From Alphaproteobacteria bacterium (GTDB lineage Bacteria > Pseudomonadota > Alphaproteobacteria > Rs-D84): DNA of 64,000 nt. The notes under the pieces were generated by a model. It was not told the DNA's origin. It worked only from the letters and a program-made list of their open reading frames with translations, and did no database searches. The position numbers and the translations under genes were made by a program. Shown piece after piece: positions 40,522-51,229 of this stretch (positions are counted from its first letter, which is position 1; the number at the start of each line of letters is the position of its first letter). The stretch lies in NCBI GenBank assembly GCA_033345235.1, contig JAWPOC010000016.1, positions 298 through 64,297 on the forward strand, written 5' to 3'.

Positions 40522-41349
40522 ATGAACCAAGCAAAAACATCTTCTTCCAGAATAAATTCTATTGTTCGGGCTGCTGTTATGGCTGCTGTGTTGCCGGTGT
40601 TGTTCATATATATTATGATTTCAAAGCCTGATTATAAACTTATGAACGCACTATCTTATATTGTATTGCCTGTGGCACAGGTTATAGGTGATATTGTAAC
40701 TTGGCCAATTCGCGCCATTGGCGGGGCAATTGAAAATATTACAGAAATATCTAAACTGCGTACGGAAAACGAAGAATTACGTATAAGACTGGATCAGGCA
40801 CTGATTAACAAGGCCAGCTGTGAAATCGCAATTGATGAAAATAAAAAACTAAAAAAAGAACTGAATATAAAAAGTATGCAACCATATGATACTGTTATCG
40901 CAGACGTTATTCACGATAACAGTGCAATTGGACATAATACTTTTATTATTAATCGTGGTAAAAAAGACGATATTCGACCAGGTATGGCCGTTGTTAGTAC
41001 TGATATGAATCTGGTCGGAATTGTTATAGATACTGCAAATGAATATGCACGTGTACGTTCACTGACAGACGTTGATACAAATGTGGCTGTACGTATTGTC
41101 GGTTCCGAAGTTTATGGTTTTATAACAGGTAATGGTGCAAAACGCCCAAAAATCGGATTCTTTAGTGACCCTGAATTCCAATCTTCTGATGGTATTAAAT
41201 TGGTTACCAGTAATATTTCAGGTATGCTGCCGGCAGGTATACTGGTCGGCAAAGTCGTCGATGGTAATGATGTCGAAATTAAACCTGTATCAACTGTTTC
41301 ACGCGTTATGATATTGAAATATGATACAGAACAAAATGAATATAAATGA
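40522..41349 (+). CDS. mreC: rod shape-determining protein MreC
   Basis: TM, coiled coil (L..ENE.L), IINRG, P.GI.VG; operon context. Confidence 0.9.
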   Translation: MNQAKTSSSRINSIVRAAVMAAVLPVLFIYIMISKPDYKLMNALSYIVLPVAQVIGDIVTWPIRAIGGAIENITEISKLRTENEELRIRLDQALINKASCEIAIDENKKLKKELNIKSMQPYDTVIADVIHDNSAIGHNTFIINRGKKDDIRPGMAVVSTDMNLVGIVIDTANEYARVRSLTDVDTNVAVRIVGSEVYGFITGNGAKRPKIGFFSDPEFQSSDGIKLVTSNISGMLPAGILVGKVVDGNDVEIKPVSTVSRVMILKYDTEQNEYK

Positions 41350-41798
41350 AAAAAATAATTATTGATTTTCTGCGTGCTGCATTCCCATTTTTATTAACTG
41401 TGGGGCTGTGGCGATTATCTGTTCCTTTTTGGAATCCAGCTGGAATATTGGCTTTGATTCCTATATTTTTTTGCTCTTTTATAAGACCTGTTAAATGGTT
41501 TGGATTGTTTTCGTGCTTTATGTGTATTGTTATTGATTACAGTTTTGAAACAACTTGTTTTTGGTTGGCAATGTACTGTCTGTTCAGCGCGATTAACGGT
41601 TTCCAAAGTTTTATCGATTTAACACATACTAATAAAGACGGTTTATATGCATATATTTCGTTTTTATCATGCTGTTTATTAATACAATTTTTTGCTGGCC
41701 CGTCGTTTATAAATCTGGTACGTATACTGTGGATTATTATATGGTCTGGGATATTATATATACCAATAACTACCGCTGTTAAAAAGGTTCATAAATGA
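41346..41798 (+). CDS. mreD: probable MreD
   Basis: Polytopic membrane protein between mreC and mrdA. Confidence 0.65.
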   Translation: MKKIIIDFLRAAFPFLLTVGLWRLSVPFWNPAGILALIPIFFCSFIRPVKWFGLFSCFMCIVIDYSFETTCFWLAMYCLFSAINGFQSFIDLTHTNKDGLYAYISFLSCCLLIQFFAGPSFINLVRILWIIIWSGILYIPITTAVKKVHK

Positions 41799-43570
41799 TT
41801 GATACAGAAGTTTCTCGCACCTTTGATAGACGCAGCGCCTTGTTTTTAACAACAGGGGCAATACTGACATCCGCATTAGTGTTACGTATGTTATATATGC
41901 AAGTGTTTAAATATCGGGATTTTAAACAGAAAAGCGAAAATAACTTGTTTAGAATACAGGTGGATATACCAGAACGTGGACAAATATTATCTAGATCTGG
42001 TCGACCAATATCACGTGATATCCCAATATACAGGATTTACATTATACCAGAAGAAGCAAAAGATTTAGAGTACTTGATAAAAATAGTTGAACAAGATTTA
42101 GATTTACAACCAAAACAAGTCGAAAAAATCCGCGAAAAAATAAAAAAACAATTTAAATTTCAACCTGTATTAGTCAGTGAAAATACAGATTGGAAAACAT
42201 TGGCAAAAATACAAGCAAAAAACATACCGGGGTTGCATGTGGAAAGTGGATTTGCACGTTCTTATGAACTGGGGCCTGCAGGTGCGCAAATTTTTGGTTA
42301 TGTTGGTGACCCTAAAAAACCTGTGCAAAACACACCTTTTTTAACAACTGGGATAACCGGATTGGAAAAAAAGTACGATGATATTATGAAAGGAACAGCC
42401 GGACAGACTGTTATGATAACAAATGCTGTTGGTCGTGTAACCGGTGAAGATAAAAGTAAATTTATAACACCAACAGTTGGTGGAAATATTCAAACAACTA
42501 TTAATGATAATATACAACGTGTATTACACGATGCGCTGATTGTCCATCGTTCTGGATGTGGGGTGGTTTTAGATATAGAAACAGGTGATATATTGGCAAT
42601 GGTATCTGTCCCCAGTTTCGACCCAAATATATTCAGACAAGATGATGCTGATGAATATATGAATCTATTACGTTCTGATATTGCAAAACCTTTTATGAAC
42701 AAGGCTATCGAAGGGTTATACCCCCCAGGGTCTACATTTAAAATCGTTGTTGCATTGGCTGCACTGGAATCTGGGGCAATAACAGAAAATGAAAAAATAC
42801 ATTGTCCTGGGTATTGGGATTATGGTGACCGCAGATATCACTGTTGGGAACACAAAGGACATGGATATGTAAATTTAGAAAAAGCACTTAAACATTCTTG
42901 CGATATTTATTTTTACCAAGTTGCATTGCGTATTGGTATTGATGCAATCAAAGAAATGGCCTTGAAACTGGGACTGAATGAGCAATATATGGACGGTATT
43001 TTAGCACGTGAAATGCGTGGTATAATCCCTGATAGATATTGGAAAGAAGCTAAAATTGGTTCCAAATGGGTTCATGGTGACACTGTTATTTCCGGTATTG
43101 GCCAAGGATTTATTTTAACAAATTGTCTGCAATTGGCTGTTATGATGGCGCGTGCATCTTCTAATAAGGTTGTTATTCCACGATTAATTAATAACGGTGA
43201 AAAAGTACAATTTGAAAATTTAGGTTTACAAAATAAAAATGTTAAAAGTATACTAAACGGTCTGGAACAAGTTTTAAAACCAGGTGGAACAGCCGCAGGC
43301 AGTGCGATTAATATCAAAGGCGCACGTATGGGTGGAAAAACAGGTACTTCACAGGTTCGTAATATTACAAAAGAAGAACGTGAAAAAGGTGTTCTAACAA
43401 ACGATGAATTAAAATGGCATATGCGAAATCATGGATTGTTTGTCGGATATGCACCAACAAATAAACCAAAATATGCCGTATGTGTTATAACAGAACACGT
43501 CGGTTCCAGTACACCTGCTGCCAGAACTGCATCAAAAGTAATAAGGGAATTATTAAAAAATAATGATTAG
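41795..43570 (+). CDS. mrdA: penicillin-binding protein 2
   Basis: YPPGSTFK, SCD, KTGTSQV. Confidence 0.96.
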   Translation: MIDTEVSRTFDRRSALFLTTGAILTSALVLRMLYMQVFKYRDFKQKSENNLFRIQVDIPERGQILSRSGRPISRDIPIYRIYIIPEEAKDLEYLIKIVEQDLDLQPKQVEKIREKIKKQFKFQPVLVSENTDWKTLAKIQAKNIPGLHVESGFARSYELGPAGAQIFGYVGDPKKPVQNTPFLTTGITGLEKKYDDIMKGTAGQTVMITNAVGRVTGEDKSKFITPTVGGNIQTTINDNIQRVLHDALIVHRSGCGVVLDIETGDILAMVSVPSFDPNIFRQDDADEYMNLLRSDIAKPFMNKAIEGLYPPGSTFKIVVALAALESGAITENEKIHCPGYWDYGDRRYHCWEHKGHGYVNLEKALKHSCDIYFYQVALRIGIDAIKEMALKLGLNEQYMDGILAREMRGIIPDRYWKEAKIGSKWVHGDTVISGIGQGFILTNCLQLAVMMARASSNKVVIPRLINNGEKVQFENLGLQNKNVKSILNGLEQVLKPGGTAAGSAINIKGARMGGKTGTSQVRNITKEEREKGVLTNDELKWHMRNHGLFVGYAPTNKPKYAVCVITEHVGSSTPAARTASKVIRELLKNND

Positions 43571-44708
43571 ACAAACACGTGTTTCAAATACAAATATGGT
43601 GCGGTTTTCTGAAAAACTGAACCGTTTTTCATGGGGTTTGTTTATACCAATGTGTATGGTATTGGTGATATCTATATTAGTTTTGTATTCCGCAGGTGGT
43701 GGACATTGGCGGCCATATGCATTATCACAATTAATGAAAATTATTATCAGTTTTGGTGTTTTCTTTTTTGCGACTTTTACCAATATAAAAACATGGGTTA
43801 AATCTGCTTATGTTATTTATGCAATTGCATTAATTATGATTGTAATGGTTACTTTTGTTGGTCATACTGGTATGGGCGCACAAAGATGGTTAAATCTGGG
43901 ATTTATTAATATTCAACCATCCGAATTTATAAAAATTGCGCTGGTTTTGGCTTTGGCACGATATTTCGCATGGTTTAATTCTGTGGAACTGGGGCAATTT
44001 AAAAACTATTTAATTCCCGCATTAATGTTACTTGTACCATTTGCACTGATTGTTGCACAGCCTGATTTAGGTACTGCTTTATCTTTGGGGATGATTACAG
44101 TTGGTATATTTTATATTGTTGGCGCAAATAAAAAGTGGTTTATTATCGCGGCAATATTAGGGTTAATGGCGGCACCAGTTGTTTGGTTTGGTGGTCTGCA
44201 TGATTATCAACGTGGTCGTATTATTACTTTCTTGCAACCAGACAGCGATATCCAAGGCGCAGGCTATCAAATTAACCAAGCAAAAATCGCGTTCGGCAGC
44301 GGGGGAATTATCGGCAAAGGATATATGAAAGGTTCTCAATCACAACAATCTTTCTTGCCTGAAAAACAGACTGATTTTATTTTCACAATGCTGGGTGAAG
44401 AATTTGGATTTATTGGTGCTTTTGGGCTGTTGTGTATTTATACATGGATTATTATTGTATTGTTTTGGTGTGCAAAAACATGTCGTAACAGATTTGGGCA
44501 ATTAATTTGTTTTGGTTTTATGTTGAACTTTTTCATTTATTATTTTATAAATATTTCTATGGTATTAGGATTACTGCCGACGGTTGGTGTTCCTTTGCCA
44601 TTAATGTCTTTTGGCGGCAGCAGTTTATTATCCCTTATGTTTGGATTCGGGTTGTGCCAAAATGCATATATACACAAAGATCACCAATTATCTGCCAAAG
44701 GAAGTTAG
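43563..44708 (+). CDS. rodA: peptidoglycan glycosyltransferase RodA
   Basis: QPSEF.K, QPDLGT, LPE..TDFIF, GVPLP..S.GGS. Confidence 0.96.
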   Translation: MIRQTRVSNTNMVRFSEKLNRFSWGLFIPMCMVLVISILVLYSAGGGHWRPYALSQLMKIIISFGVFFFATFTNIKTWVKSAYVIYAIALIMIVMVTFVGHTGMGAQRWLNLGFINIQPSEFIKIALVLALARYFAWFNSVELGQFKNYLIPALMLLVPFALIVAQPDLGTALSLGMITVGIFYIVGANKKWFIIAAILGLMAAPVVWFGGLHDYQRGRIITFLQPDSDIQGAGYQINQAKIAFGSGGIIGKGYMKGSQSQQSFLPEKQTDFIFTMLGEEFGFIGAFGLLCIYTWIIIVLFWCAKTCRNRFGQLICFGFMLNFFIYYFINISMVLGLLPTVGVPLPLMSFGGSSLLSLMFGFGLCQNAYIHKDHQLSAKGS

Positions 44709-44712
44709 TATT

Positions 44713-46950
44713 ATGAATTTGTTAATTGTAGAATCCCCTTCGAAAGCAAAAACAATTGAAAAATATCTGGGCAGTGGTTGGCGTGTCATCGCATCTGTTG
44801 GGCATGTACGTGATTTAGTACCTGAAAACGGCAGTGTTGATACACAAAATAACTTTAAAATGCGTTGGCAAATTATGCCTGGCAAGGAAAAACAAATTAA
44901 ATTAATTACTGATGAATTAAAAAAAGCAGATGCTGTTTATCTGGCATCGGACCCTGACCGCGAAGGAGAAGCAATTGCATGGCACTTGCTGGATATATTA
45001 AAAAGTAAAAAATTACTGAAAGATAAAAAAGTATATCGTGTCGCTTTTCACGAAATTACAAAGAAAGCTGTAAGTGCCGCAATCCAAGAACCACGTGAAA
45101 TTGATACTAACTTGGTCGATGCATATCTGGTTAGACGTGCATTAGATTACTTAATCGGGTTTAGTATTTCACCGTTGCTGTGGCGCAGAAATCTAGGAAA
45201 ATCCGCAGGTCGTGTTCAATCTGTGGCTGTAAAATTAGTTGTCGATCGTGAAAAAGAAATAGAAAGTTTTAAACCAATTGAATATTGGTCTGTTGGTGCT
45301 GTTTGCAATGCAGATAAAAATAAATTTAATGCGAATTTATCTGTCGTTTCCGGCAAAAAAATAGAAAAAATGACAATCGAAAATAAATCTATGGTCGATG
45401 ATATTTTAAATTCTATTGGTACGCCAAATATTGCTGCGACTGTTATAAATCTGGACAAGAAAAAAACTTTGCGTAAACCAGCAGCACCATTTACAACATC
45501 AACATTACAACAAGAAGCTGCACGTAAATTATTCTTTGCATCTAAACGAACTATGTCAGCTGCGCAAAAATTGTATGAAGCAGGGCATATTACATATATG
45601 CGTACAGACGCAACTAACTTGAACGCTGATGCAGTTAATGAAATTCGCGCATTTATTACACAAGAATATGGTGATAAATTTGTTCCAAAAACACCTAATA
45701 TATATACAACAAAATCTAAAAATGCACAAGAAGCACACGAAGCTATTCGACCAACACATTTTGACGCACCCGCAAAAAATTTATCTGGGGACGAAGCAAA
45801 ATTATATGATTTAATATGGAAACGTACAATCGCATGTCAAATGACAAATGCAGAATTTGACTCTGTTGCCGCAGATATCGAAACAAATAACAAGGTCGCA
45901 ATCTTTCATGCAACAGGTTCTACAAAAATTTTTGATGGTTTTATGAAAGTTTATACCGAAGATAAAGATGACGAAGATGATAAAAAAGAATCTAAATTGC
46001 CCGCTTTGAATATTGGCGATAAAATCGATATATCTGAATTAATACCAGAACAGCATTTTACACAGGCACCACCCAGATATACCGAAGCGTCTTTGGTTAA
46101 AAAGTTAGAAGAACTGGGAATTGGACGACCTTCGACATATGCGACAATTATGTCTACTATTGTCGACAGAAATTATGTCGAACAAGATAAACAACATCGT
46201 TTTCATCCGACATCTGGTGGCTGGGTAATTGCGTCTTATTTATCAAAATATTTTACTGACTTGGTCGATGTTAATTTTACAGCAAAAACAGAAGATACTT
46301 TGGACGATGTGTCAAACGGTAAAACAGATAAAATAGATGCATTAAATGCGTTCTGGAATCCTACTAATAATATGATTGATGGTGCGCGTGGCGTTAAAAC
46401 CAGTGATATTATCGATGAAATTAATTCTTTTATGCATATTCATCTATTTGGTGATAAAGATAATAAATGTCCAGAATGTGGTGGAAAGCTTGGGGTAAAA
46501 TTATCTAAATTTGGGCCTTTTATAGGTTGTGAAAATTATCCAAATTGTAACTATACAAAGCAATTAAATAATAATGCAAAAGTTACAGAAGCCACAGAAT
46601 CCAGCGTAGAGAGAAAATCTGGTAATGTCGATTTAGGTGATGGTATCGAATTTCGTGTCGGAAAATTTGGGCCGTATGTTACAGATGGTGTTAAAAATGT
46701 TTCTGCAAAGCAATATACTGCTGAAACAATAACTTTGGAAATCGCGCACGATTTGTTACATAACGCAACAAAAAAAGCAGAACCTATTAAACTGGGCGAA
46801 AATCCAGAAACAAAAAAAATGATTTATTATTATCCAACTGGGCGTTATGGTGCATATATTTCATCTAATCGTGTTAATGTTTCTGTAACGTCACAGCCTG
46901 ATTTAAAAACAGCAATAGATATGATAAATAAAAAGGCAAAGAAAAAATAA
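44713..46950 (+). CDS. topA: DNA topoisomerase I
   Basis: IVESPSKAKTI, DPDREGE, SAGRVQS, ITYMRTD, GIGRPSTY. Confidence 0.97.
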   Translation: MNLLIVESPSKAKTIEKYLGSGWRVIASVGHVRDLVPENGSVDTQNNFKMRWQIMPGKEKQIKLITDELKKADAVYLASDPDREGEAIAWHLLDILKSKKLLKDKKVYRVAFHEITKKAVSAAIQEPREIDTNLVDAYLVRRALDYLIGFSISPLLWRRNLGKSAGRVQSVAVKLVVDREKEIESFKPIEYWSVGAVCNADKNKFNANLSVVSGKKIEKMTIENKSMVDDILNSIGTPNIAATVINLDKKKTLRKPAAPFTTSTLQQEAARKLFFASKRTMSAAQKLYEAGHITYMRTDATNLNADAVNEIRAFITQEYGDKFVPKTPNIYTTKSKNAQEAHEAIRPTHFDAPAKNLSGDEAKLYDLIWKRTIACQMTNAEFDSVAADIETNNKVAIFHATGSTKIFDGFMKVYTEDKDDEDDKKESKLPALNIGDKIDISELIPEQHFTQAPPRYTEASLVKKLEELGIGRPSTYATIMSTIVDRNYVEQDKQHRFHPTSGGWVIASYLSKYFTDLVDVNFTAKTEDTLDDVSNGKTDKIDALNAFWNPTNNMIDGARGVKTSDIIDEINSFMHIHLFGDKDNKCPECGGKLGVKLSKFGPFIGCENYPNCNYTKQLNNNAKVTEATESSVERKSGNVDLGDGIEFRVGKFGPYVTDGVKNVSAKQYTAETITLEIAHDLLHNATKKAEPIKLGENPETKKMIYYYPTGRYGAYISSNRVNVSVTSQPDLKTAIDMINKKAKKK

Positions 46951-48572
46951 TGGCGCCAACAAATAAATATAATTATTCGAATTTTACAGATGAACTGCGG
47001 GCGCGGTTATCTTTGCTGGATGTTATTGGGCGACATATACCACTGACTAAAAAAGGACAAAATTATTGGGGCTGTTGTCCTTTTCATAACGAAAAAACAC
47101 CCAGTTTTTCCGTTAATGAAGAAAAAGGTTTTTATCATTGTTTTGGATGCGGCGAACATGGCGATATTATTTCTTTTACAATGAAAATTAATAATATGGA
47201 TTTCAAAGCCGCAATTACAGAACTGGCAAACCAAGCTGGATTAAAAATGCCAGATTACAAACCACGTGATCCAAAAATAATTGAACGTGAAGAATCTTTG
47301 TTCGATATTTGTGAAAAAGCATCTAATATTTATTGTGAAAAATTATTTTCACCAGATGGCGCACATGCCTTGGAATATGTGCGTAGACGCGGTTTTACAG
47401 ATGATATGATTAAAAAATATCGTATCGGATATGCACCAAAAAATAATATTATCGCAAATACATTTTCATCATCTAAACACTTGATAGATTCTGGATTATG
47501 CAGACGCAGTGAATTTAATTTATACGATTTCTTTCGCGATAAATTAATGTTCCCTATTTTTAATCCAAAAGGTAAAATTGTTGCTTTTTCCGGACGCAGC
47601 TTAGATGGCAGCGAACCTAAATATATAAATACATCTGATACTGATATATTTCATAAAAGACAAACTATATTCGGGTTTAATTTTGCACGTGATGCAATAC
47701 ATCGCGCAAACAGAACTATTATTGTCGAAGGACAAATTGATGCCATAAAAATGCAAACTAACGGTTTTCCAGAAACAGTCGCACCTTTGGGAACTGCATT
47801 GACCGAAGACCATATTGCATTACTTTGTAAATCTAATCGAAATATCACATTTTGTTTTGATGGCGATAATGCAGGTCGCAAAGCAGCTGTACGGGCATGC
47901 GATATCGTTATGCAATTTTTACGCGATACATCTGATATAAAATTTGCATTTGTATCTGGGGGTAAAGACCCTGATGAAATATTAAATACAGGTGGTGTTG
48001 ATGCGATGCGTAAAATCATAGACGACGCAATTCCATTGGTCGACTTTTTATGGCAAACTGCGAATTCTGATTTTATTGTATCAACCCCTGGGGGACGTGT
48101 TCAGGCAGAAAAATTTATTAATAAAAATATTGAAAAAATAGTCGATGAAGATTTAAAAAAAGAATTCAGCAAAGAATTTAATAACAGAATTTTTAATAAT
48201 TGGCATCGCTTTAAACGCCCAGAACAAAGCGTACAGATAAAATTACCTGATATTGATAATGTCGTAAAAAATACTTTGGTTTATATTATAAACACTTATC
48301 CAGAACTGGCAGAACAATATATGGAATTTTTATCAACATTAAATGTCGATTTTGATGGCGCGGCCCCCGATTTGAAACTGGATAAAAAAGCAGCAGAGAA
48401 ATATATCGTATCTTTGAAAATCCAAAGATATCTGGATAAATTAAAACTGACTAAAAAAGAACTTGTTAACGCATTATTATCAGGCGATGAAAACGCGCGC
48501 GAAAAAATATCGGAAATAGACACCGAAATTTCAAAGGTAACCGAAAAACAAAATTTGCTGTTAATCGAATAA
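46950..48572 (+). CDS. dnaG: DNA primase
   Basis: CPFH.EKTPSF..CFGC, PKYINT, VEG, FDGD.AG. Confidence 0.97.
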   Translation: MAPTNKYNYSNFTDELRARLSLLDVIGRHIPLTKKGQNYWGCCPFHNEKTPSFSVNEEKGFYHCFGCGEHGDIISFTMKINNMDFKAAITELANQAGLKMPDYKPRDPKIIEREESLFDICEKASNIYCEKLFSPDGAHALEYVRRRGFTDDMIKKYRIGYAPKNNIIANTFSSSKHLIDSGLCRRSEFNLYDFFRDKLMFPIFNPKGKIVAFSGRSLDGSEPKYINTSDTDIFHKRQTIFGFNFARDAIHRANRTIIVEGQIDAIKMQTNGFPETVAPLGTALTEDHIALLCKSNRNITFCFDGDNAGRKAAVRACDIVMQFLRDTSDIKFAFVSGGKDPDEILNTGGVDAMRKIIDDAIPLVDFLWQTANSDFIVSTPGGRVQAEKFINKNIEKIVDEDLKKEFSKEFNNRIFNNWHRFKRPEQSVQIKLPDIDNVVKNTLVYIINTYPELAEQYMEFLSTLNVDFDGAAPDLKLDKKAAEKYIVSLKIQRYLDKLKLTKKELVNALLSGDENAREKISEIDTEISKVTEKQNLLLIE

Positions 48573-48668
48573 AAAAGCCGGCTTTTTTTAACATTTTTAT
48601 TAAAAAGGCCGGAAATTTTTATTTTTATCATAAAATTAAAAAAACACCGGTAAATACCGGTATTTTTT

Positions 48669-49748
48669 TTAATTATTGAACAAAAAGTGACATATATCCC
48701 CAGATTGCATTATATAATCACGTCCGACCAGTCTCATTTTACCGGCTTCTTTAACAGCGACTTCGCCGCCTAAAGATATAAAGTCATCTGGTGAAATTAT
48801 TTCTGCACGAATAAATCCACGTTCAAAATCTGTGTGAATTTTTCCCGCGGCCTGGGGCGCAGTCATACCAACTGTTATTGTCCAGGCATGGGCTTCTTTT
48901 GGCCCAATTGTATAATAAGTTTGCAGTCCTAATGTTTTATAACCTGTTTTTATGACTTTGTCTAAACCTGATTCGATGAGTCCCAAATCTTCTAAAAACA
49001 TCTTGCGTTCATCTGGGTCGATTATTTGTGAAATTTCCATTTCTATCTTGGATGATATAACCAGAACATCCGCAATATTACCGAATTTTTCACAAACCAT
49101 ATCAGAATATTTATTTCCTGTCGCAGCAGCCGATTCTTCGACATTGCATACATATATAACAGGTTTTGATGTTAATAAATTAAACGGCTTTGAATCTGTA
49201 TCAATATTACGAGCAGGTACAGAATTTTCTAAATTCTTTTTTATTTCGTTCGCGTCCGCCAATAATTTTATTGCTTCTTTATCCAATCCGCGAGCTTTCT
49301 TTTCCAGATTTTTTATCTGTTTTTCAATACTTTCAAGGTCTGCCAGTATTAATTCTGTTTCAATCGTATCAATATCAGATATCGGATCAATACGACCATT
49401 TACATGAACAATATCATCATTTTCAAAACATCTGACAACATGAATTATCGCGTCTGTTGATAAAATATTGCCCAAGAATTTATTTCCTAATCCTTCGCCA
49501 GCAGATGCGCCTTTGACAAGACCTGCAATATCAACAATTTCAAGTTGAGTTGGTATTATCTTTTGCGATTTCGCCACATCAGCTAATTTATGCAAAGTTT
49601 CATCCGGCACAACAACACGACCTGTATTTGGTTCTATGGTGCAAAAAGGGTAATTTTGCGCGTCGGCCGCGGCACTTTGTGTCAAAGCATTAAACAAGGT
49701 CGATTTGCCAACATTTGGTAAACCAACAATTCCACAATTGAATCCCAT
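48669..49748 (-). CDS. ychF: redox-regulated ATPase YchF
   Basis: GLPNVGKSTLFNALT, NYPFCTIEPN, DIAGLV.GAS.GEGLGNKFL. Confidence 0.97.
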   Translation of the reverse strand: MGFNCGIVGLPNVGKSTLFNALTQSAAADAQNYPFCTIEPNTGRVVVPDETLHKLADVAKSQKIIPTQLEIVDIAGLVKGASAGEGLGNKFLGNILSTDAIIHVVRCFENDDIVHVNGRIDPISDIDTIETELILADLESIEKQIKNLEKKARGLDKEAIKLLADANEIKKNLENSVPARNIDTDSKPFNLLTSKPVIYVCNVEESAAATGNKYSDMVCEKFGNIADVLVISSKIEMEISQIIDPDERKMFLEDLGLIESGLDKVIKTGYKTLGLQTYYTIGPKEAHAWTITVGMTAPQAAGKIHTDFERGFIRAEIISPDDFISLGGEVAVKEAGKMRLVGRDYIMQSGDICHFLFNN

Positions 49749-49775
49749 AACTAAATCCTTTATAATGTATGTAAT

Positions 49776-50456
49776 ATGTCATACATGTGGAATGAATTCA
49801 ATATAAAAACTTTCCCCGCGGAAACTATTGTTTACCGCGATGGTGTCTATTGCCCCGAATTATCGACTATATCAGATGACCCGATTAACACTAAATACAA
49901 ATTGCCGGTTCATATTATATATACCGGCGAAATAAGCGAAAATTGCCGGCTGGATGTAAATGTAGGCGCAGAAAATCAAAAGGTGTTTATAAGCGTAAAA
50001 ATAAAAAATAAAAAACCGGCTTTTTTTAACATTTTTATTAAAAATGCCGGAAAAAACTCTGAAATACGTGGGCATATTATGCTGGAAAATTATTCAGATT
50101 TAGAATATAAATGCCACGCAGAACATCTGTTCGAAAAAACAACTGTGCTGATAAAAAATAAATTGGTCGCAAATAAAGACTCGAAATCCGTTTTATCGGG
50201 AACAGCAATAATAAATAAAGATTGTGCCGAATGCGTATCTGATATCAGTTTTTCAGCTATATCTGATAAAAATGCTAAAATCGATTTTATGCCAGCACAA
50301 AAAATCGCTTCTATACCAATTACCGCTGACCACAGCGCAAGTCTGTATCAGCCATCAGAATCACAAATTTTATACCTGCGTCAAGCAGGATTGGGTACTT
50401 TTGAAGTACAAGATGCATTAAAAGAAGCTTTTATAAACGATTTCGATTTGTTCTAG
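49776..50456 (+). CDS. SufD/SufB-like beta-helix protein
   Basis: C-terminal P......A.HSA.......QI.YLR..GL....A signature. Confidence 0.7.
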   Translation: MSYMWNEFNIKTFPAETIVYRDGVYCPELSTISDDPINTKYKLPVHIIYTGEISENCRLDVNVGAENQKVFISVKIKNKKPAFFNIFIKNAGKNSEIRGHIMLENYSDLEYKCHAEHLFEKTTVLIKNKLVANKDSKSVLSGTAIINKDCAECVSDISFSAISDKNAKIDFMPAQKIASIPITADHSASLYQPSESQILYLRQAGLGTFEVQDALKEAFINDFDLF

Positions 50457-50486
50457 AAAAATAAAAACCGGTATAAACCGGTATTT

Positions 50487-50621
50487 TTATTTTTTCTTGA
50501 AGCCCTGTTTCGCTTTGAATTTTGGATTTGCAGGGTCAATTAATATAACTTGTTTACCACGACGGATTTGTTTTACATTACCGCGTTTTTTCCAAGCCTT
50601 TAGTGAACTTAAAAATTTCAT
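50487..50621 (-). CDS. rpmJ: 50S ribosomal protein L36, Cys-less type B; not in ORF track
   Basis: MKFLSSLKAWKKRGNVKQIRRGKQVILIDPANPKFKAKQGFKKK; AAGGA SD. Confidence 0.9.
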   Translation of the reverse strand: MKFLSSLKAWKKRGNVKQIRRGKQVILIDPANPKFKAKQGFKKK

Positions 50622-50679
50622 ATCTAAATCCTTTTTACAGGGTGATTATAAACACTATTTTTAAAAAATCAAATAATAA

Positions 50680-50910
50680 TATTATTTATTGTTGTTTTAG
50701 TAGGGGCTGTTTAAATTGTTGAAAACGGTTTTTAGTTTTTTATTAACAGTTTTTTAACAAAAAAATCCCTGTTTTTAGCCTTTTTATAAAAAATTGTTAA
50801 TAAATCGACAAAATAATTAACAGTTGAAAAAATCAAAGTTTTCAACACTTTTAACAAAATACTTAATCAGGCTTTTTATGCTTGTTGAAAATTGTTGAAA
50901 TTGTTATAAT
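50680..50910. other. candidate replication origin (cluster of variant DnaA-like boxes)
   Basis: Six TTWTYAACA 9-mers (50717, 50740, 50751, 50795, 50839, 50883) plus near matches in an AT-rich intergenic region. Confidence 0.6.
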
Positions 50911-50938
50911 TCTATTACCCAAAGGGGGAAAGAGAAGA

Positions 50939-51229
50939 ATGAGACAACAGGTTTTAAAAGCTATTTCAAATCCTGCACATATTTTTTATGTGCCGTATTC
51001 GTTGGCAATAATAAATTTTGTTGTGCAATTCATTGTTTTTATTGTGATTTTTGTGGTGAGACTGGTGTTGACCGGAAATGATACTAATCCGATGTTCTTT
51101 TTGTTTTCGGTGATTATTGTACATTCTATTATCGCAATATTTTCAAAACGTGACCCACAACTGGGGCAGATTATTTCTGCAAAACTAAGATTGTTCTCTA
51201 AGAAAATACCAGGGAAGTTAGCAGCATGA
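50939..51229 (+). CDS. virB3: VirB3-like type IV secretion protein
   Basis: KA...P......VP, two TMs, DP motif; overlaps virB4 start. Confidence 0.75.
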   Translation: MRQQVLKAISNPAHIFYVPYSLAIINFVVQFIVFIVIFVVRLVLTGNDTNPMFFLFSVIIVHSIIAIFSKRDPQLGQIISAKLRLFSKKIPGKLAA

